The notes beneath the pieces are model-generated. The model was not told the DNA's origin. It saw only the letters and a list, made by a program, of their open reading frames with translations, and ran no database searches. From assembly GCF_009914755.1 (NCBI RefSeq), contig NC_060926.1: DNA of 64,000 nt, one strand, 5' to 3'. A program made the translations under genes and the position numbers. This document shows, one piece after another, positions 1 through 17,790 of this stretch (positions are counted from its first letter, which is position 1; every line of letters starts with the position of its first letter). The stretch is from the human T2T-CHM13v2.0 reference genome, Homo sapiens.

Positions 1-1829
1 TTCAATATTAGCCCTATGCTGTTTAGTCTGGGCTGATTCGATAAAGAGAGAAATAAGCTTCTATCCTTTTAAGTTATTGATGCTTTGCCCTTTGCTACAA
101 ATAGCCAAATAAATTTCCTAACTAATAACCATATTGGCATAATTTCAAGTTCTTGAGGTGATGAACCTCTGTCCAATTCATGTAATATCTGGACCAGTTG
201 TAAGTGCAATGGAAGTAGAGAGAAGTTTGCAGTCAATGAGTTTTTGAGGAATTAGGGAGGTATGTATAGGAAAGGTTGACAAGAGGGAGCCATGCTGAGC
301 AAAGGACAAAGAGGAAATGAGCTTGGTATATAGTGAGAATAGTGTGGAGCCTATTACGCCTGAAGCAATAAGGCTCATTTAGCAGACACTGTCATATAAA
401 TGAGGCTGGAACACTCTAATTATTAGCTAGAACATTTTATTTACTAAAGTATTTTGCTTTTTTTCATAATTCTGAAATACTTCCAGAAAGCATGTGCAAT
501 GAAGAAATTGAGAAATTGATTACAGATACAATGAAGAAATTGAGAAATTAATTACAGATCCTTATGACCTATTTCACTTATCTGTTTCCTTATTTACTTT
601 GCCATACATTCCTGTAGGCCCATAGAGAAATCCAGTACTGTAAAGTAAATGGAAGCTTGCATTCAGAATGGTTCATCATTAGCAGTTTCTTTTTTCAGTG
701 AATGGAAGAGTTCAACATAAAAATAATTTTGTAAGCACACATTCAGAAGAAGTTATTTGAAGAAGCTTCTTTCTGCCATATGCACCTATACATCCAAAGA
801 GATATCCAGCCCTGAATGGAATTTGTCTACAAAATAAATCCAGAGAGGGCATTTGGAGGCACAAAGGACAGTGACAGGAACATAGAATATAACTGCTCAG
901 CTCCTTTAAGCTCTTAAGAGGAAAACTGTTACATAAATCCCATCAAATAAAGCATGTATATGTGAGCTTCACACTAGAAGTTTGGAAATGATTCATAATT
1001 TCAGATAGCTTCATCCTGCCAATTGTCTGAAATAAAACTCTGTTTTCCCACTGATGATTAATCATATTCAAAAATAGGAGAGCTTAAAGCAATGGGTAAA
1101 AATAGGAAGAGAAAATGAAGAACACAAGGGTCATAGATAAAAATGTAATTTTTGTAGAAAGATTAGGTAACTTTCCCTCTTGTTTTTTTTTAAGCTATTC
1201 TCTAAATCAAAGTCATCTGGGTTAGAGGGACTTTGTTTTTCTCTGTCTGTGCCTTTTTCAAGACAATACCATGTGATGTGGTTAATATATGTCCACCTTA
1301 ATCTCTACTTAATCTGCTTATACACGACAGAGAATGATAAACCCAGAAAGAATCAATTCCTGAGAATCACTTCTCTTTCCCTTTGACTCATTGATTCAGG
1401 TTAGCTTCAAGATGATCTCCCAATGAAAATACTGCATGTGTTTTATAAACATAGGGTTTCCTGTATTTGACGACTATTCAAAAGTACTTGATGAAGACTA
1501 AACATTTATTGAAGAATTAGAATATTTACTTTAATCAGATGACATCGTCTTGTCTCCTTTAATCCTTGTGAGATATTTATTGCCACGTTAAGTAATTTTC
1601 TGAAGATCTTGCAGTTGGAATGTGACAGTGCTAGAATACATGCCCAATGTTCCCCAACCCTTGTAAGTCCACAGTTTAGGGGCCACATATTGCTACTTCT
1701 CTCCATCTTGAAACAAAATCTGCAGTCACCTGTAGATTAGGGATATTTACATATTACTCTTCCCTCTCTCCCTACAAAAACATACATGTTCTCTCATCAG
1801 AGGTTACAGGCTCACAGCAATGAGAGATA

Positions 1830-2480
1830 CTGACAACCACTGGAAGGTTTTGAAGTTGAAAGATATTATCTAACCTTTAACAGGATCTTTTTGGCTGTTA
1901 GCTTGAGAGGAGACTTGAGGGATACAAGCATAGAAACAGGAAGATGTATTAAGATTCAATGTCTTATATACAGCAATAGAAACAGTAAGAACTAATAAGA
2001 ATCGAGATATATTTTGAAAGTAAGTAGAATTTCCTAAAGAATTGGACTTTTGGAATGAGAGAAAGAGAGTAGTAACAAAAAAGTTCAGCATTCAGCCTGG
2101 GTAAGCGAAAGGCTGCTATGAACTGAGATGGGGAAAGCTCCAGAAGGAGCAAGTTGGTGGGTGCATGAGGGCCAATGTGAATTAGGGATTAGGTTTTGAG
2201 AATGTTCAGTTTGAGATATGATTTGCACATGCAAATGGAAACATTGCATAGGAAGGTAGGTATACAGCCTGAAGTTCATGAAAGTGGTCTAGGGTGAATA
2301 TATAAATTGGAAGTTAATATATACAATAGTATTTAAAGCCACGGGGCCAAATGAGATCATTTAAGGTGTTAGTGTAGTTAAAAATTAGAAAAGAAGCAAT
2401 GACTAAAATTTTAGGCCATCAATATTGGGGTATTGTGGGGGAAAAGGGGGAAGCATCAAAGGAGACAGCTGTGAGATATA
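1830..2480 (-). mobile_element. L2 (LINE-2) relic, approximate bounds
   Basis: Purine-rich degenerate motifs typical of reverse-oriented L2 (CACTGGAAGGTTTTGAAG, CAGGATCTTTTTGGCTG, TTCAGTTTGAGATATG). Recognised from memory of the consensus. Confidence 0.5.
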
Positions 2481-3140
2481 TTGTACAGAAAACTAAATCC
2501 AATAAAGTTTCACTTAAGAGATTTTATATTGATTGGATCCACTTTTGACAAACATGTACTCTAAATGAACTTTATTTTGTCCGTGAGATAACAACTCTAT
2601 ACTCAATTATTCATTATTTCAGGCAACAAGCATTAAACATCTTCTCAATGCCAGGTGTTCTACATACTGACAAAATCAAGACAAATTTTAAAAATCTCTA
2701 CCTTCAAATAATTCAGTCCAAAGAAGAAAAATTGCATAACATAGGAAAAATTGCAATTAAAGTTGTCAGAGTATTATAAGAGTGATATAAACCAAGTGCT
2801 GTACTCCAGGACTTCCACCAAAAGTGCTACTCCAACTTTTGCCGGCGGCAGGTGCAAGGAGGGAGGTTATGTTTGCAAATGTAAAAATGAGAGCTTATAA
2901 TCACCCTTGGTGCTCTTTTTTTTTTCTTAATTTAAAAGCCCTCTCTAAAGCTCTGATGGCCCAGCAACTCCCATATTTCATATGCAGGCATTTGACTTAT
3001 AAGGAACATCTAGTTAATATGGTAGAGTCCAGGAACACATCTTAACTTGTTTTTCTCCTAAAACCAAATGACCTTCAACCCCACTCAACCAACCCCTGCA
3101 GATGGACGTGGAATAATCTTAACTGACACTGAAAAATTTC

Positions 3141-4037
3141 CCAAGATGGCCGAATAGGAACAGCCCCGGTCTACAGCTCCCAGCCTGAGCGACGCAGAAG
3201 ACGGGTGATTTCTGCATTTCCATCTGAGGTACCGGGTTCATCTCACTAGAGAGTGCCAGACAGTGGGCGCAGGTCAGTGGGTGCATGCACTGTGCGCGAG
3301 CCGAAGCAGGGCGAGGCATTGCCTCACTTGGGAAGCGCAAGGGGTCAGGGAGTTCCCTTTCCGAGTCAAAGAAAGGGTTGACGGACAGCACCTGGAAAAT
3401 TGGGTCACTCCCACCTGAATACTGCGCTTTTCCGACGGGCTTTAAAAACGGCGCACCACGAGAGTATATCCCGCACCTGGCTCGGAGGGTTCTACACCCA
3501 GGGAGTCTCGCTGATTGCTAGCACAGCAGTCTGAGATCAAACTGCAAGGCGGCAGTGAGGCTGGGGGAGGGGCGCCCGCCATTGCCCAGGCTTGATTAGG
3601 TAAACAAAGCAGCCTGGAAGCTCCAACTGGGTGGAGCCCACCACAGCTCAAGGAGGCCTGCCTGCCTCTGTAGGCTCCACCTCTGGGGGCAGGGCACAGA
3701 CAAACAAAAAGACAGCAATAACCTCTGCAGACTTCAATGTCCCTGTCTGACAGCTTTGAAGAGAGCAGTGGTTCTCCCAGCACGCAGCTGGAGATCTGAG
3801 AATGGGCAGACTGCCTCCTCAAGTGGGTCCCTGACCCCTGACCCCCGAGCAGCCTAACTGGGAGGCACCCCCCAGCAGGGGCACACTGACACCTCACACG
3901 GCAGGGTATTCCAACAGACCTGCAGCTGAGGGTCCTGTCTGTTAGAAGGAAAACTAACAAACAGAAAGGACATCCACACCAAAAACCCATCTGTACATCA
4001 CCATCATCAAAGACCAAAAGTAAATAAAAGCACAAAG
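3141..4037 (+). promoter_or_regulatory. L1 5'UTR internal sense promoter (YY1 site CAAGATGGCC at 3142-3151) and antisense promoter region
   Basis: CpG-rich L1 5'UTR with an intact YY1 motif. Sense and antisense promoter activity is established for L1PA 5'UTRs; activity of this copy is not shown by sequence. Confidence 0.8.
3442..3582 (-). pseudogene. L1 ORF0, truncated to 46 aa by a nonsense codon
   Basis: Translates MAGAPPPASLPPCSLISDCCASNQRDSLGVEPSEPGAGYTLVVRRF*, which is the primate ORF0 N-terminus. Full ORF0 is 71 aa; here TTA>TAA at 3442-3444. Confidence 0.85.
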
Positions 4038-5055
4038 ATGGGGAAAAAACAGAACAGAAAAACTGGAAACTCTAAAAAGCAGAGCGCCTCTCCTCCTCCA
4101 AAGGAACGCAGTTCCTCACCAGCAACAGAACAAAGCTGGATGGAGAATGACTTTGACGAGCTGAGAGAAGAAGGCTTCAGACGATCAAATTACTCTGAGC
4201 TACGGGAGGACATTCAAACCAAAGGCAAAGAAGTTGAAAACTTTGAAAAAAAATTAGAAGAATGTATAACTAGAATAACCAATACAGAGAAGTGCTTAAA
4301 GGAGCTGATGGAGCTGAAACCCAAGGCTCGAGAACTATGTGAAGAATGCAGAAGCCTCAGGAGCCTATGCAATCAACTGGAAGAAAGGGTATCAGCAATG
4401 GAAGATGAAATGAATGAAATGAAGCGAAAAGGGAAGTTTAGAGAAAAAAGAATAAAAAGAAATGAGCAAAGCCTCCAAGAAATATGGGACTATGTGAAAA
4501 GACCAAATCTACGTCTGATTGGTGTACCTGAAAGTGATGGGGAGAATGGAACCAAGTTGGAAAACACTCTGCAGGATATTATCCAGGAGAACTTCCCCAA
4601 TCTAGCAAGGCAGGCCAACGTTCCAGATTCAGGAAATACAGAGAACGCCACAAAGATACTCCTCGAAAAGAGCAACTCCAAGACACATAATTGTCAGATT
4701 CACCAAAGTTGAAATGAAGGAAAAAATCTTAAGGGCAGCCAGAGAGAAAGGTCGGGTTACCCTCAAAGGGAAGCCCATCAGACTAACAGTGGATCTCTCA
4801 GCAGAAACCCTACAAGCCAGAAGAAAGTGGGGGCCAATATTCAACAGTCTTAAAGAAAAGAATTTTCAACCAAGAGTTTCATATCCAGCCAAACTAAGCT
4901 TCATAAGTGAAGGAGAAATAAAATACTTTACAGACAAGCAAATGCTGAGAGATTTTGTCACCACCAGTCCTGCCCTAAAAAAGCTCCTGAAGGAAGCGCT
5001 AAACATGGAAAGGAACAACCGGTACCAGCCGCTGCAAAATCATGCCAAAATGTAA
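4038..5055 (+). pseudogene. L1 ORF1p (RNA-binding chaperone), frameshifted
   Basis: MGKKQNRKTGNSK...coiled coil...RPNLRLIGVPE in ORF 4038-4712. REKG, ARR and YPAKLS motifs in ORF 4714-5055. A +1 insertion lies near 4623 (AACGTTCCAGATTC). Confidence 0.95.
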
Positions 5056-5118
5056 AGACCATCGAGACTAGGAAGAAATTGCATCAACTAACGAGCAAAA
5101 TAACCAGCTAACATCATA

Positions 5119-8943
<3,825 letters not shown>

Positions 8944-10914
8944 ACAACGAGAACACATGGACACAGGAAGGGGAACATCACACTCTGGGGACTGTTGTAG
9001 GGTGGGGGGAGGCGGGAGGGATAGCATTGGGAGATATACCTAATGCTAGATGACGAGTTAGTGGGTGCAGCGCACCAGCATGGCACATGTATACATATGT
9101 AACTAACCTGCACAATGTCGACATGTACCCTAAAACTTAAAGTATAATAAATAAAAAAAAAGAAAAAAAAAGAAAAATTTCATAAGATGAAACATGAGGA
9201 ATGCTTTTGCACTTCTGTACAATAATAGTGAAATGATAAACATATTATGAATAGCCTCTTCCTTTAAAAAATACTGTGCAGCATGTTGGGAGTCTTGAAC
9301 ATGAGGAAGATTACTCTGAAAGGCGCAATAAAGTTCCTTACTTCCATGCCTAAGTCTAGAGAGTGTGAGAGAGACAAAAATGCCTCTAACCACATCATGT
9401 ATCTCAGAGAGACACTGGACCAGCCTAAATGAGGCAACAAATGGAAGTGTCCTGTGTTTGAGCTGCATAGATAACGAGTAAAAGAGAGTTAAATGACTAC
9501 TGATCTCACTAACATGAGGAAACATAAGCAAAACACCAGCATACAGAAACACACTGTGTCATACAGGCTTGCACAATTAGCCATTGAGACATATTATCTC
9601 AATGAGATGAAGAAAACTGGGCACATGGCCTCTGCAATAGACTACATATCGGAATCCGTGAGAAAGAGAAACAACATAGAACAGTTCAAGCTGACTGCCT
9701 CCAGCTTATACCCCTAGTTCTTCCCTAAAATATTCTTCAGAAAATAGCTATCCTAGAAAACACATGTGTCATTCAAAGATGACTAAGAATCATAGGAGAA
9801 TCAGAATGAAGTCTATGGCTACCAATTGCAGAAAAAGAGAAACAAATAAGTTAAAAATAGAAAATGAATATAGAATAATAGAAAAATCACCTCATAAAGT
9901 AGATGTCAAAGACACATTTCTATATGATATCAAATACATTAACAAAACTTTAACATTTAAAAATAAAGTTTAATAATACAGCAATATAAAAGCAGATGTA
10001 AATAGCAGTTGATGCAATTCAGCAAATAATTAAATTTAAGAAATCACAGCACTTATGTGAATATCCACCATACAAACAAAAAGAGAAAGTCATTGCTGAA
10101 AACAGAATTGTAGATATTAAACAGAATTGATAACATCTAGAAAAATAAATTGAAAAAAGGCAGTGTCCCAAATAACAAGAGAATGACAGAAATTTAAAAA
10201 GATTCTAATCCAACATATTTTTTATCCCTGAACTAGAAGAATGCAACAAATAGAACATAGAACTATGAAAAATATAGCAGAAGAAAACTTCTTGAAAAAA
10301 AGAATATCTTAATCTGTATATTGAAACTTGTACCATATCTAGGAAAATTTGATAAGAACAGTTAACCTGCAATGTATCCATTTGAGGCTACAGTACTTTA
10401 TTTAAAAAAACAACAACACTTTTTGTTAATCCAGGCAAAAAATGTATATATCAAATAATCTAGAGGAAGAAACAATTCAGGTTAGTTGTAGCCTGTCCAG
10501 CAATAACTAACTGTAGAAAACAGTGGAAGAAAGTCTGCAAACAATTCATGGGAAAAAAGTGTGAGGCAAAAATTTGATAACTAGAACGTTGTTGTTCAGA
10601 TACAAAGACACGATGAGCATTGTCCACACGTGCAAGAATGATGCAAAACTAGATGAGTCCAGGAAATACAGTACCCATTATTGTTTCGTAAAAATAGCTT
10701 TTTTGAAATCTAGAAAATTATGGAGAAGTGTTTTAAAAATTAAATAGATTTAAACATATAATTGAAGCAAAATAAAAACCTGTGGTAACCAGGATTGTAA
10801 AATATAATTTATATTTTAAAAGATAGACCTAATATAAATTTGCTTATCTATGCATTTTTATTCCACAGTTAATAATACTGCTTAAAAACAAATCAAATGA
10901 TGTTTATAGAAAGG

Positions 10915-11182
10915 AAGAGCAGCTTATGCTGTAATCTTAGTAGTTTGTCAGGCCAAGTAGGGAGGATCACTAGTCTTGACAATATAGTGAGATCCCCCAA
11001 CTTTACATAAAATATAAAAATTAGATGATCATGGTGGCACATGCCTGTAGTCTCAATTACTTGGGAGGCTGAGGTGGAAGGATCACTTGAACCCAGGATG
11101 TCAGGGATGCAGTGAGCATGTGATTGTGCCATTGTACTCCAGCCTGGGCAACAGAGTGAGACTCTGTCTCAAAAAAAAAAAA
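10915..11182 (+). mobile_element. AluJ, degraded
   Basis: TGTAATCTTAG...GGAGGCTGAGGTGGAAGGATCACTTGAACCCAGG...CCAGCCTGGGCAACAGAGTGAGACTCTGTCTC followed by an A tail. Confidence 0.9.
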
Positions 11183-11234
11183 TACACACATATATATATG
11201 TATATATATGTGTATATGTATATATGTGTATGTG

Positions 11235-11268
<34 letters not shown>

Positions 11269-11276
11269 TATATATG
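11183..11276. repeat. Compound (TA)/(TG)/(CA) microsatellite at the Alu tail
   Basis: TACACACATATATATATGTATATATATGTG...ACACACACACATATATATG. Confidence 0.9.
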
Positions 11277-13161
11277 TTTAAGCACATTCTTAAAAGTTAT
11301 ATAATAATCAGCTAATAAAGAGGAAGATTATAAATACTCTAAAAGTATCAAAATATTACAAAATTTAAAAGTGAAAATAAGCCATAATGTAAACAAAAAT
11401 ACTTCGAATATAATAGAAACTAAGGCAAGATAATTATACAAAGAGCATACAATTATAGGATTATGCCTTTTGATAAAAGGACAGTATCAGGCAGTTGATA
11501 CAGATACCATATGCACCAAAGAGCCAAACATATTGACTATCTGACCCTTTACAAAAAAAGTTGTTGGCCACTGATTTATTATATAAAATCATATTATGAA
11601 TATTAAATATCTAAATGCTAGACATCATTCCTCATATATTATTGCATTAAAATGTATAAATAAAAACTCAATTTAAAGAAAATATAGTCAAAATACAACT
11701 CTATAATGACTAATAAGCTTAACTATCTCCTTCTACAGTGTATCAAATATAAAATGTAAGGAAGCATGAAGCAGATGTAAATAACAAAGCAAATTTAACA
11801 GTTCAATCTATAACAGGGCATGCATACAGGCACATTATATACTGTTAGTGTATATTACATACAGATTCAATGAAGGGCAATCTAGCATTACCCATCAATA
11901 GCTACAATTCTATTTCTAAGAAATTGTCCTGAATGCATATTTTCACATGATGGAAAAATTTGTATTATCAGAATGTATTACTGAGGCATCGCCCATAACA
12001 GCAATTACAAACAAATGAAAATTCAAGACATAACAAAAATAAAACTGGAAATAACTTAAAAATTAATAAAGAATAATGAATTAATTTTAAGATTGGTATG
12101 ATGAAGCTATTAAAAACAGTAAGAATTTATAAGCTTTCAAGAAATATTAAGTGAAAAGTGTAAGCAAACAGAAAAATAAAATGAAAAAACACTCATATGT
12201 AAGTGTATGTAAGAAAATTTTCTTACAGATTATATAAAAATATAGATGAGTTTATATTTTAGAATTAAACATACTAATTAAGGTTGTAAAGAGGATTTTT
12301 TTAGTTCATTTAAAAAAAGGTTTATTTTTCATAACAATAAAATATTCAACTTAACTTCTTAAAAAAGTGAATGTCTCAGTTAAATGGTAGTGGTACTGGG
12401 CTAGATTTCTATGGGTAGATTAATGTGGAGTATATCAGAACCAAAAGACTGCCTATGCTTATTCATACGTTCGCCCATGGACACACTCACCCATGGCAAG
12501 AGTGGCTGCCATCAGGAACATTAGTATAAAGGAAATTAATCATCTACTTCCCTTGGAGAAGTTGTATGGACATAGCTGAAAGCTTCATTTTCCTACTTTG
12601 CTCCTGGGATCTCATGACCAAGAACCAGAACTACCTATTTGTATAATTTTGTAATATCTGAGAAATTCATGTCTGGCGACTGTGGGCTGCGGGCCTTCAC
12701 TTTGCCTCGTTCTCCTTAATGAGATCTTCAACTTGGAGATCTCATTTCACACTTGTTTTCTCTCACTGCAGGTGATGTGGCACTCATCACATGCTCATAT
12801 CCCTAAATGTAAACACATTGTCACCTACTGACTATTCTTACACAATATTTTCTGGGTACTGATTCAAATAAGGCTTTTATTTTTTTAATGTGTTATGAAT
12901 TTTCTTTTTCTCCCAACTCTGTGATTCAGTTTTCTCTCTTTTTCTAATCTTAGGGGAATCTATAATAAGTAGGAAAGCAAAACCGGTACTTAAAAACTTG
13001 AAGAAGAAACTATTTTTGTAGTTCTCATTAAAAAAACAAAATACAGTTTGTATGCTATACCTCTTCACATTTATAGAAACTCAACATTTAGAAATTCTAA
13101 TTGTGATAGTGTTCCTGTATCTCTGCAGATTGGAATTCTGATCGTAAAAGACATATAAGTG

Positions 13162-13472
13162 GGCCAGGCGAGATGCCTCAGACCTGTAATCCCAGCACTT
13201 TGGGAGGCCAAGCTGGGTTGAGCACTTGAGGTCAGGAGTTCAAGACCAGCCTGGCCAACATGGTGAAACCCCATCTCTGCTAAAAATATAAAAATTAGCC
13301 AGGTGTGGTGGCGCGTGCTTGTAATCCCAGCTACTTGGGAGGCTGAGGCAGGAACCTGGGAGGCAAACATTGCAGTGAGCAGAGATCCCACCACTGCACT
13401 CCAGCCTGGATGACAGAGCAAGACTCTGTCTAAACAAACAAACAAAAAAAACAAACAAAAATAAAAAAAAAA
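13162..13472 (+). mobile_element. AluS (Sx-like) with a small deletion in the right arm
   Basis: CCTGTAATCCCAGCACTTTGGGAGGCC...GAGTTCAAGACCAGCCTGGCCAACATGG, ending in an (AAAC)n-type tail. Confidence 0.92.
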
Positions 13473-16424
13473 ACAGACTAAATGATTTCAATCACCTATA
13501 AGCAACTAGAGCAATATGCAAGGTTAGAGCTCAAGAGAAGTCCAATATAAATCCACTCTCATTTGATAGATGAGGAGCTGATAATCAACACAATTGCCTT
13601 TCACGTGTTTAGGGTTTTTTTTTTCCACCTGTTCAAGATGCTGTAGAAACGGTGCTCATCCTCCAGAGGACGACCTCTTATAACATCACAGCCTCCAAGA
13701 CCAGGGACTTTGAGTTAATGATGCCTACCAAGCTTTTATATCTAGAACAACACTTGGAATTAGGACTCTTAAGTTTTGGTCAGCTGGTTAAGGGTTTTGG
13801 AGCAGTGAGTTACTGTATCTCTGGAAATATGAAGTCCATTTGCAAACATGTGCATCAAAGAGACAATTACCTGGTCTGCAGAGAGAGAATAATGAAGTCG
13901 TTGTGCAGAAAGAAAAGGAGTGATTGTGCATCCTAGGAGAAGCAGAGAAAATTCCTTTGACTCTGTACTCCAATGCTGGTTGTCTCTGAATTTTTTATTT
14001 ATAAGTGACAGAAAATGTAACCCAGACTTCTGAAGGTCAAAATAGAAATTACATATTCATGGAGTTAAAATATTAGGGTGTGTTTTCGGTGCAATTTGCT
14101 CCAGAACCCAGATGTTTTTCCAACATCATTTTTTTCCTTTCTCCAGTCCTTGATTTCACTTCCCTAAAATCTACTTCACTGGGAGACAATCTCATCCCGT
14201 GTGAGCCAAAATAGTTGCCAATATTTTTTTGATGCTAAATCCAGGTTAAAGTAAAGAAGTAAAGGAAGAAATTTTCTTTTCCAGAAGTCCATTGAAATTC
14301 TCATTGTATCTTACCAATTGAAATTGAGTCCTTGAACCCAAATTTTGCATTCAGGGTTGTTATGGACTGAATTTTGTCCCCACAAAATTCATATGTTGAA
14401 ATTCAACCCAATAAGTGACTGTATTTGGAACTTTAGGGAGGCAATAAATTTTGATCTTCCAAAAAAACTGTGATTACCTGTTCCAAAGAAATCACAAACA
14501 ATATATCTACAGCTGAAATCATCATTTCCCCAAGAAACCTCTTCGCATATCTATCCTTATATGTTCTTGTTTTGGCCTCTCTTTCAAGCCTGGAATCTGG
14601 AAAACATCTTTCAGATCCCTTTGAGGGCACATGATTCTACCCTCCCTAATATGATTTGATTACATTCACATTTTTATCCTCTTTGACAGTGTATAAGGTG
14701 AGGGCCATCACCTATCTACCCTGCAAGGCTGTAAGACTGTGGTAGCTACTCTCAAAAACAGTCAGTATTAGGATGACAGAGACATGTGACCATGTCATTT
14801 CCTTGCTGAAAATTCCTGGATGATTTTATGTTGCTTACTGAATGCAAGCAAGTTCCTTTACAATAGAGTCACTAACGGCCTTTTATCTTCTATCCTACTC
14901 ACTTCACATCCTATGCTCTATAGAACTGGTTATGCCCTTAAACATATTTTTTTCTGAACTGACTTCAAGTGTGTCCTGGAGGTTTCTTTGGCTACTGTCT
15001 CCAACAAGTCTGAATTAGTCAGGCCTCTGCTGTCTGCCGGACCCTATAACATCACATTCCCCATTGCATCACAATTGTCTTTTGCTATATTTGTATTTCC
15101 CACTGATTTTGTGGAAACCGTGAATGGTTTGGTTGTGGCTGTGATTATTAATATCTTAATTTTATTTTATTCCTCAGTACCCGCTACAGTAAATGACACA
15201 CTGTGGCGGCTCAGTAGGGAGAGCTTCTTCCTCCACCACATCCTCAGTCCATGACAGGGAAGTAGTAGCCGTGACTGTGGGAAGTTTTGCAATTTAATGA
15301 ACTGTGTGTCCTACTGAGGAAGATGCATATCCTAGTATGTATGTATGCATAGTCTATTGGTCAACCTTTCTACAGCCTGTCTTCACAGCTCTCCAGGTGA
15401 ACTGTGGATACTAAATGTCTTGGTAAAGCTCAGACACCAATTTTTGAAGAGAAAGCACATGCTTACTCTTCTGAAGATCCAGTTATTGTAATGATGTAGG
15501 AAGCTTTGTGACACATGCAAATTGATGACTTCCAAAATATAAAAAAAGAAACCTGAATATGTGCATATTCAATTAGAGCAGCTTATTCTTGAGGCTAGCT
15601 TAGGAGAAAAGATAATCATCTGTAGACAAATGTGATTTTGCAGTGAATAAACCTCTTAAGATTAGAGAATTAAGACTGACATTAATTATATATGTCATTA
15701 TTGTACTTAACTCCTTGGTTAGGAAGAAAAAGACATATATAATGATGATGAAAATTACTAGTATTTGTTCACATTACAGTTAGAAATCTTCTCTCTTACA
15801 TCTTTGGGGAATACCATCTGGCATGAAATGTTGGAACTTGCTAAATGCTCTCTAATAACAAAAGTAAACCGAATTGATTTGAAGAAGGTGATTTTTTTTT
15901 GTTATTGTTTGTTTGTTTCCTGAAAGCATGAGTAGAATTTCTATGTTTTGTAAAGGGGCACTTTTTTTTTTTCTACTCTGTCTCTCTGGATTCTCTGAAA
16001 ATACACATTCCACACATGTGGGATTTAATTGCCTGAATCACCTTTTTGCCTGACAATTTTTGTTTAATGTTCCTGAAAGCTTGACAAATTTGACATTGAC
16101 TCATTGATATACTGCAGTGATTCCAAAACATTCAAATAATTAGATGGGTAAAAGTTCAATATCTCTTCCTTCAAAATTGGTCACGGTGATATCGCAAGGT
16201 AGAAGGGCACAGAATCTGGGAAGCCTTGGCTTCACTTGTGTGATACCATTAGCAAGCTCTGAATCTCCACATGGCTGAACTTTCTCCACAGCCAAAAAGA
16301 AATTAAAATGTCTTCCATTATTTCTCGTGGATAATTATAAACTTCGGGAAATTAATACGTTTCAAGGAATATTCTGTTTCCCTTCTGAGAATTTGCAACA
16401 GTCTCAAATATATCTTTATTCTGT

Positions 16425-16673
<249 letters not shown>

Positions 16674-17344
16674 TATTTTGTGATTTTTTTATAAAAGTTG
16701 CCCATGTTTTTTCTATGAGTTTCACAGCAGTAGATGCACATTTGTGTTACTTGTATTGCAGCCTCAGTACCTAGCTCAGTGCCTGGCACACAGTGATAGC
16801 TCAGTAAACGTTTGTTGAATATTTGAAGAACCATTAGAGTTTTAATCAACAGCCATAGCTCAATACTTGGCTTCTTAAGTGAAGGGAGAAAGTACCTTAA
16901 TGTTTTCTGAGTACAAAAAATGGAAGGAAGCATGATTATGAATGTGCTCAACAGTTCTAGACAGTGCAATACACAAAAAAATGTATGAATGAATGAATGA
17001 ATGATGAAATATAAAATAATCATTCCTTACACTTTGTGCTCATTGCAGTAGTGTTTATGTTCTGGAAACTCCTTGAGCAGAAACCACCAAGAAATGTTGA
17101 AACCAGAACTTATTTACATTTAGATTGTCATACACTAATGTCCTTGCCATATTGGAATATCAGATTTTCTTAATAAACAGATCTTAAGAAGTTATGTAAT
17201 TCAACTCTTTCTTTCAGAGACTGGATACCTGAAGTCTTATATATGTAAAGACTTGTCATCACAAAGAAGTGATTGAACTGGGCCACGGTGTCTTAGGGAG
17301 TTAACAATCTTAAAGGCGATTCTCTGAGAGTATCAGTAAATTCA

Positions 17345-17790
17345 TTTTTTAAATAGCTCTATTGAGGCATAATTGATAGGCAATAAACTGCTTATGTTTA
17401 ATTTATGTATTTTGATAAGTTTGGACATATGCATACACCTACAAAACCATTACCATAATCAAGATAATATGTGTATCCATCACCTTCAAAAGCTTCCTTA
17501 TGTCCCTTTGGGTTTGGTTTATTTGTTTGTTTAATTTCGTTTAGTTTAGTTTAGTGTTGTAGTAAGAACACTTAATATGATATTGCCCTCTCAACAAATT
17601 TTAGTGCATAATACAGTATTTTTGGCTACAGGAACTATGCTCTACAGCAAATCTCTAGAATGAAGTCATCTTGCATAACTAATACTTTAAACCAATTAAA
17701 CAGTAAGTTTCCATTTTGCTCTACTGCTGGTCCTTGGTAATCACCATTCTATTATTTGTTCCTATGAGCTGATGACTTTAGGTACTTAAA
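17345..17790 (-). mobile_element. Old L1M 3' end fragment
   Basis: TTGAGGCATAATTGA...GATAAGTTTGGACATATGCATACACC...TATCCATCACC is typical reverse L1MA/L1MC 3'UTR. Confidence 0.6.

Larger units (their letters stand above)
9720..12360 (+). mobile_element. Ancient L1M fragments (ORF1-region and 3' relics), interrupted by an Alu
   Basis: Very A-rich + strand with degenerate ORF1-like phrases such as AAATATAGCAGAAGAAAACTTC and AGAAAACAGTGGAAG. Bounds approximate. Confidence 0.45.

Noticed and set aside
497-560. 32-bp tandem duplication (CAATGAAGAAATTGAGAAATT(G/A)ATTACAGAT)
   Set aside because: Ordinary two-copy slippage duplication; similar trivial ones occur near 26571 and 32506.
9112-9125. GTCGAC in place of the consensus GTGCAC in the L1 3'UTR
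   Set aside because: A single dinucleotide swap, either a multinucleotide mutation or a sequencing error; no functional inference is supportable.
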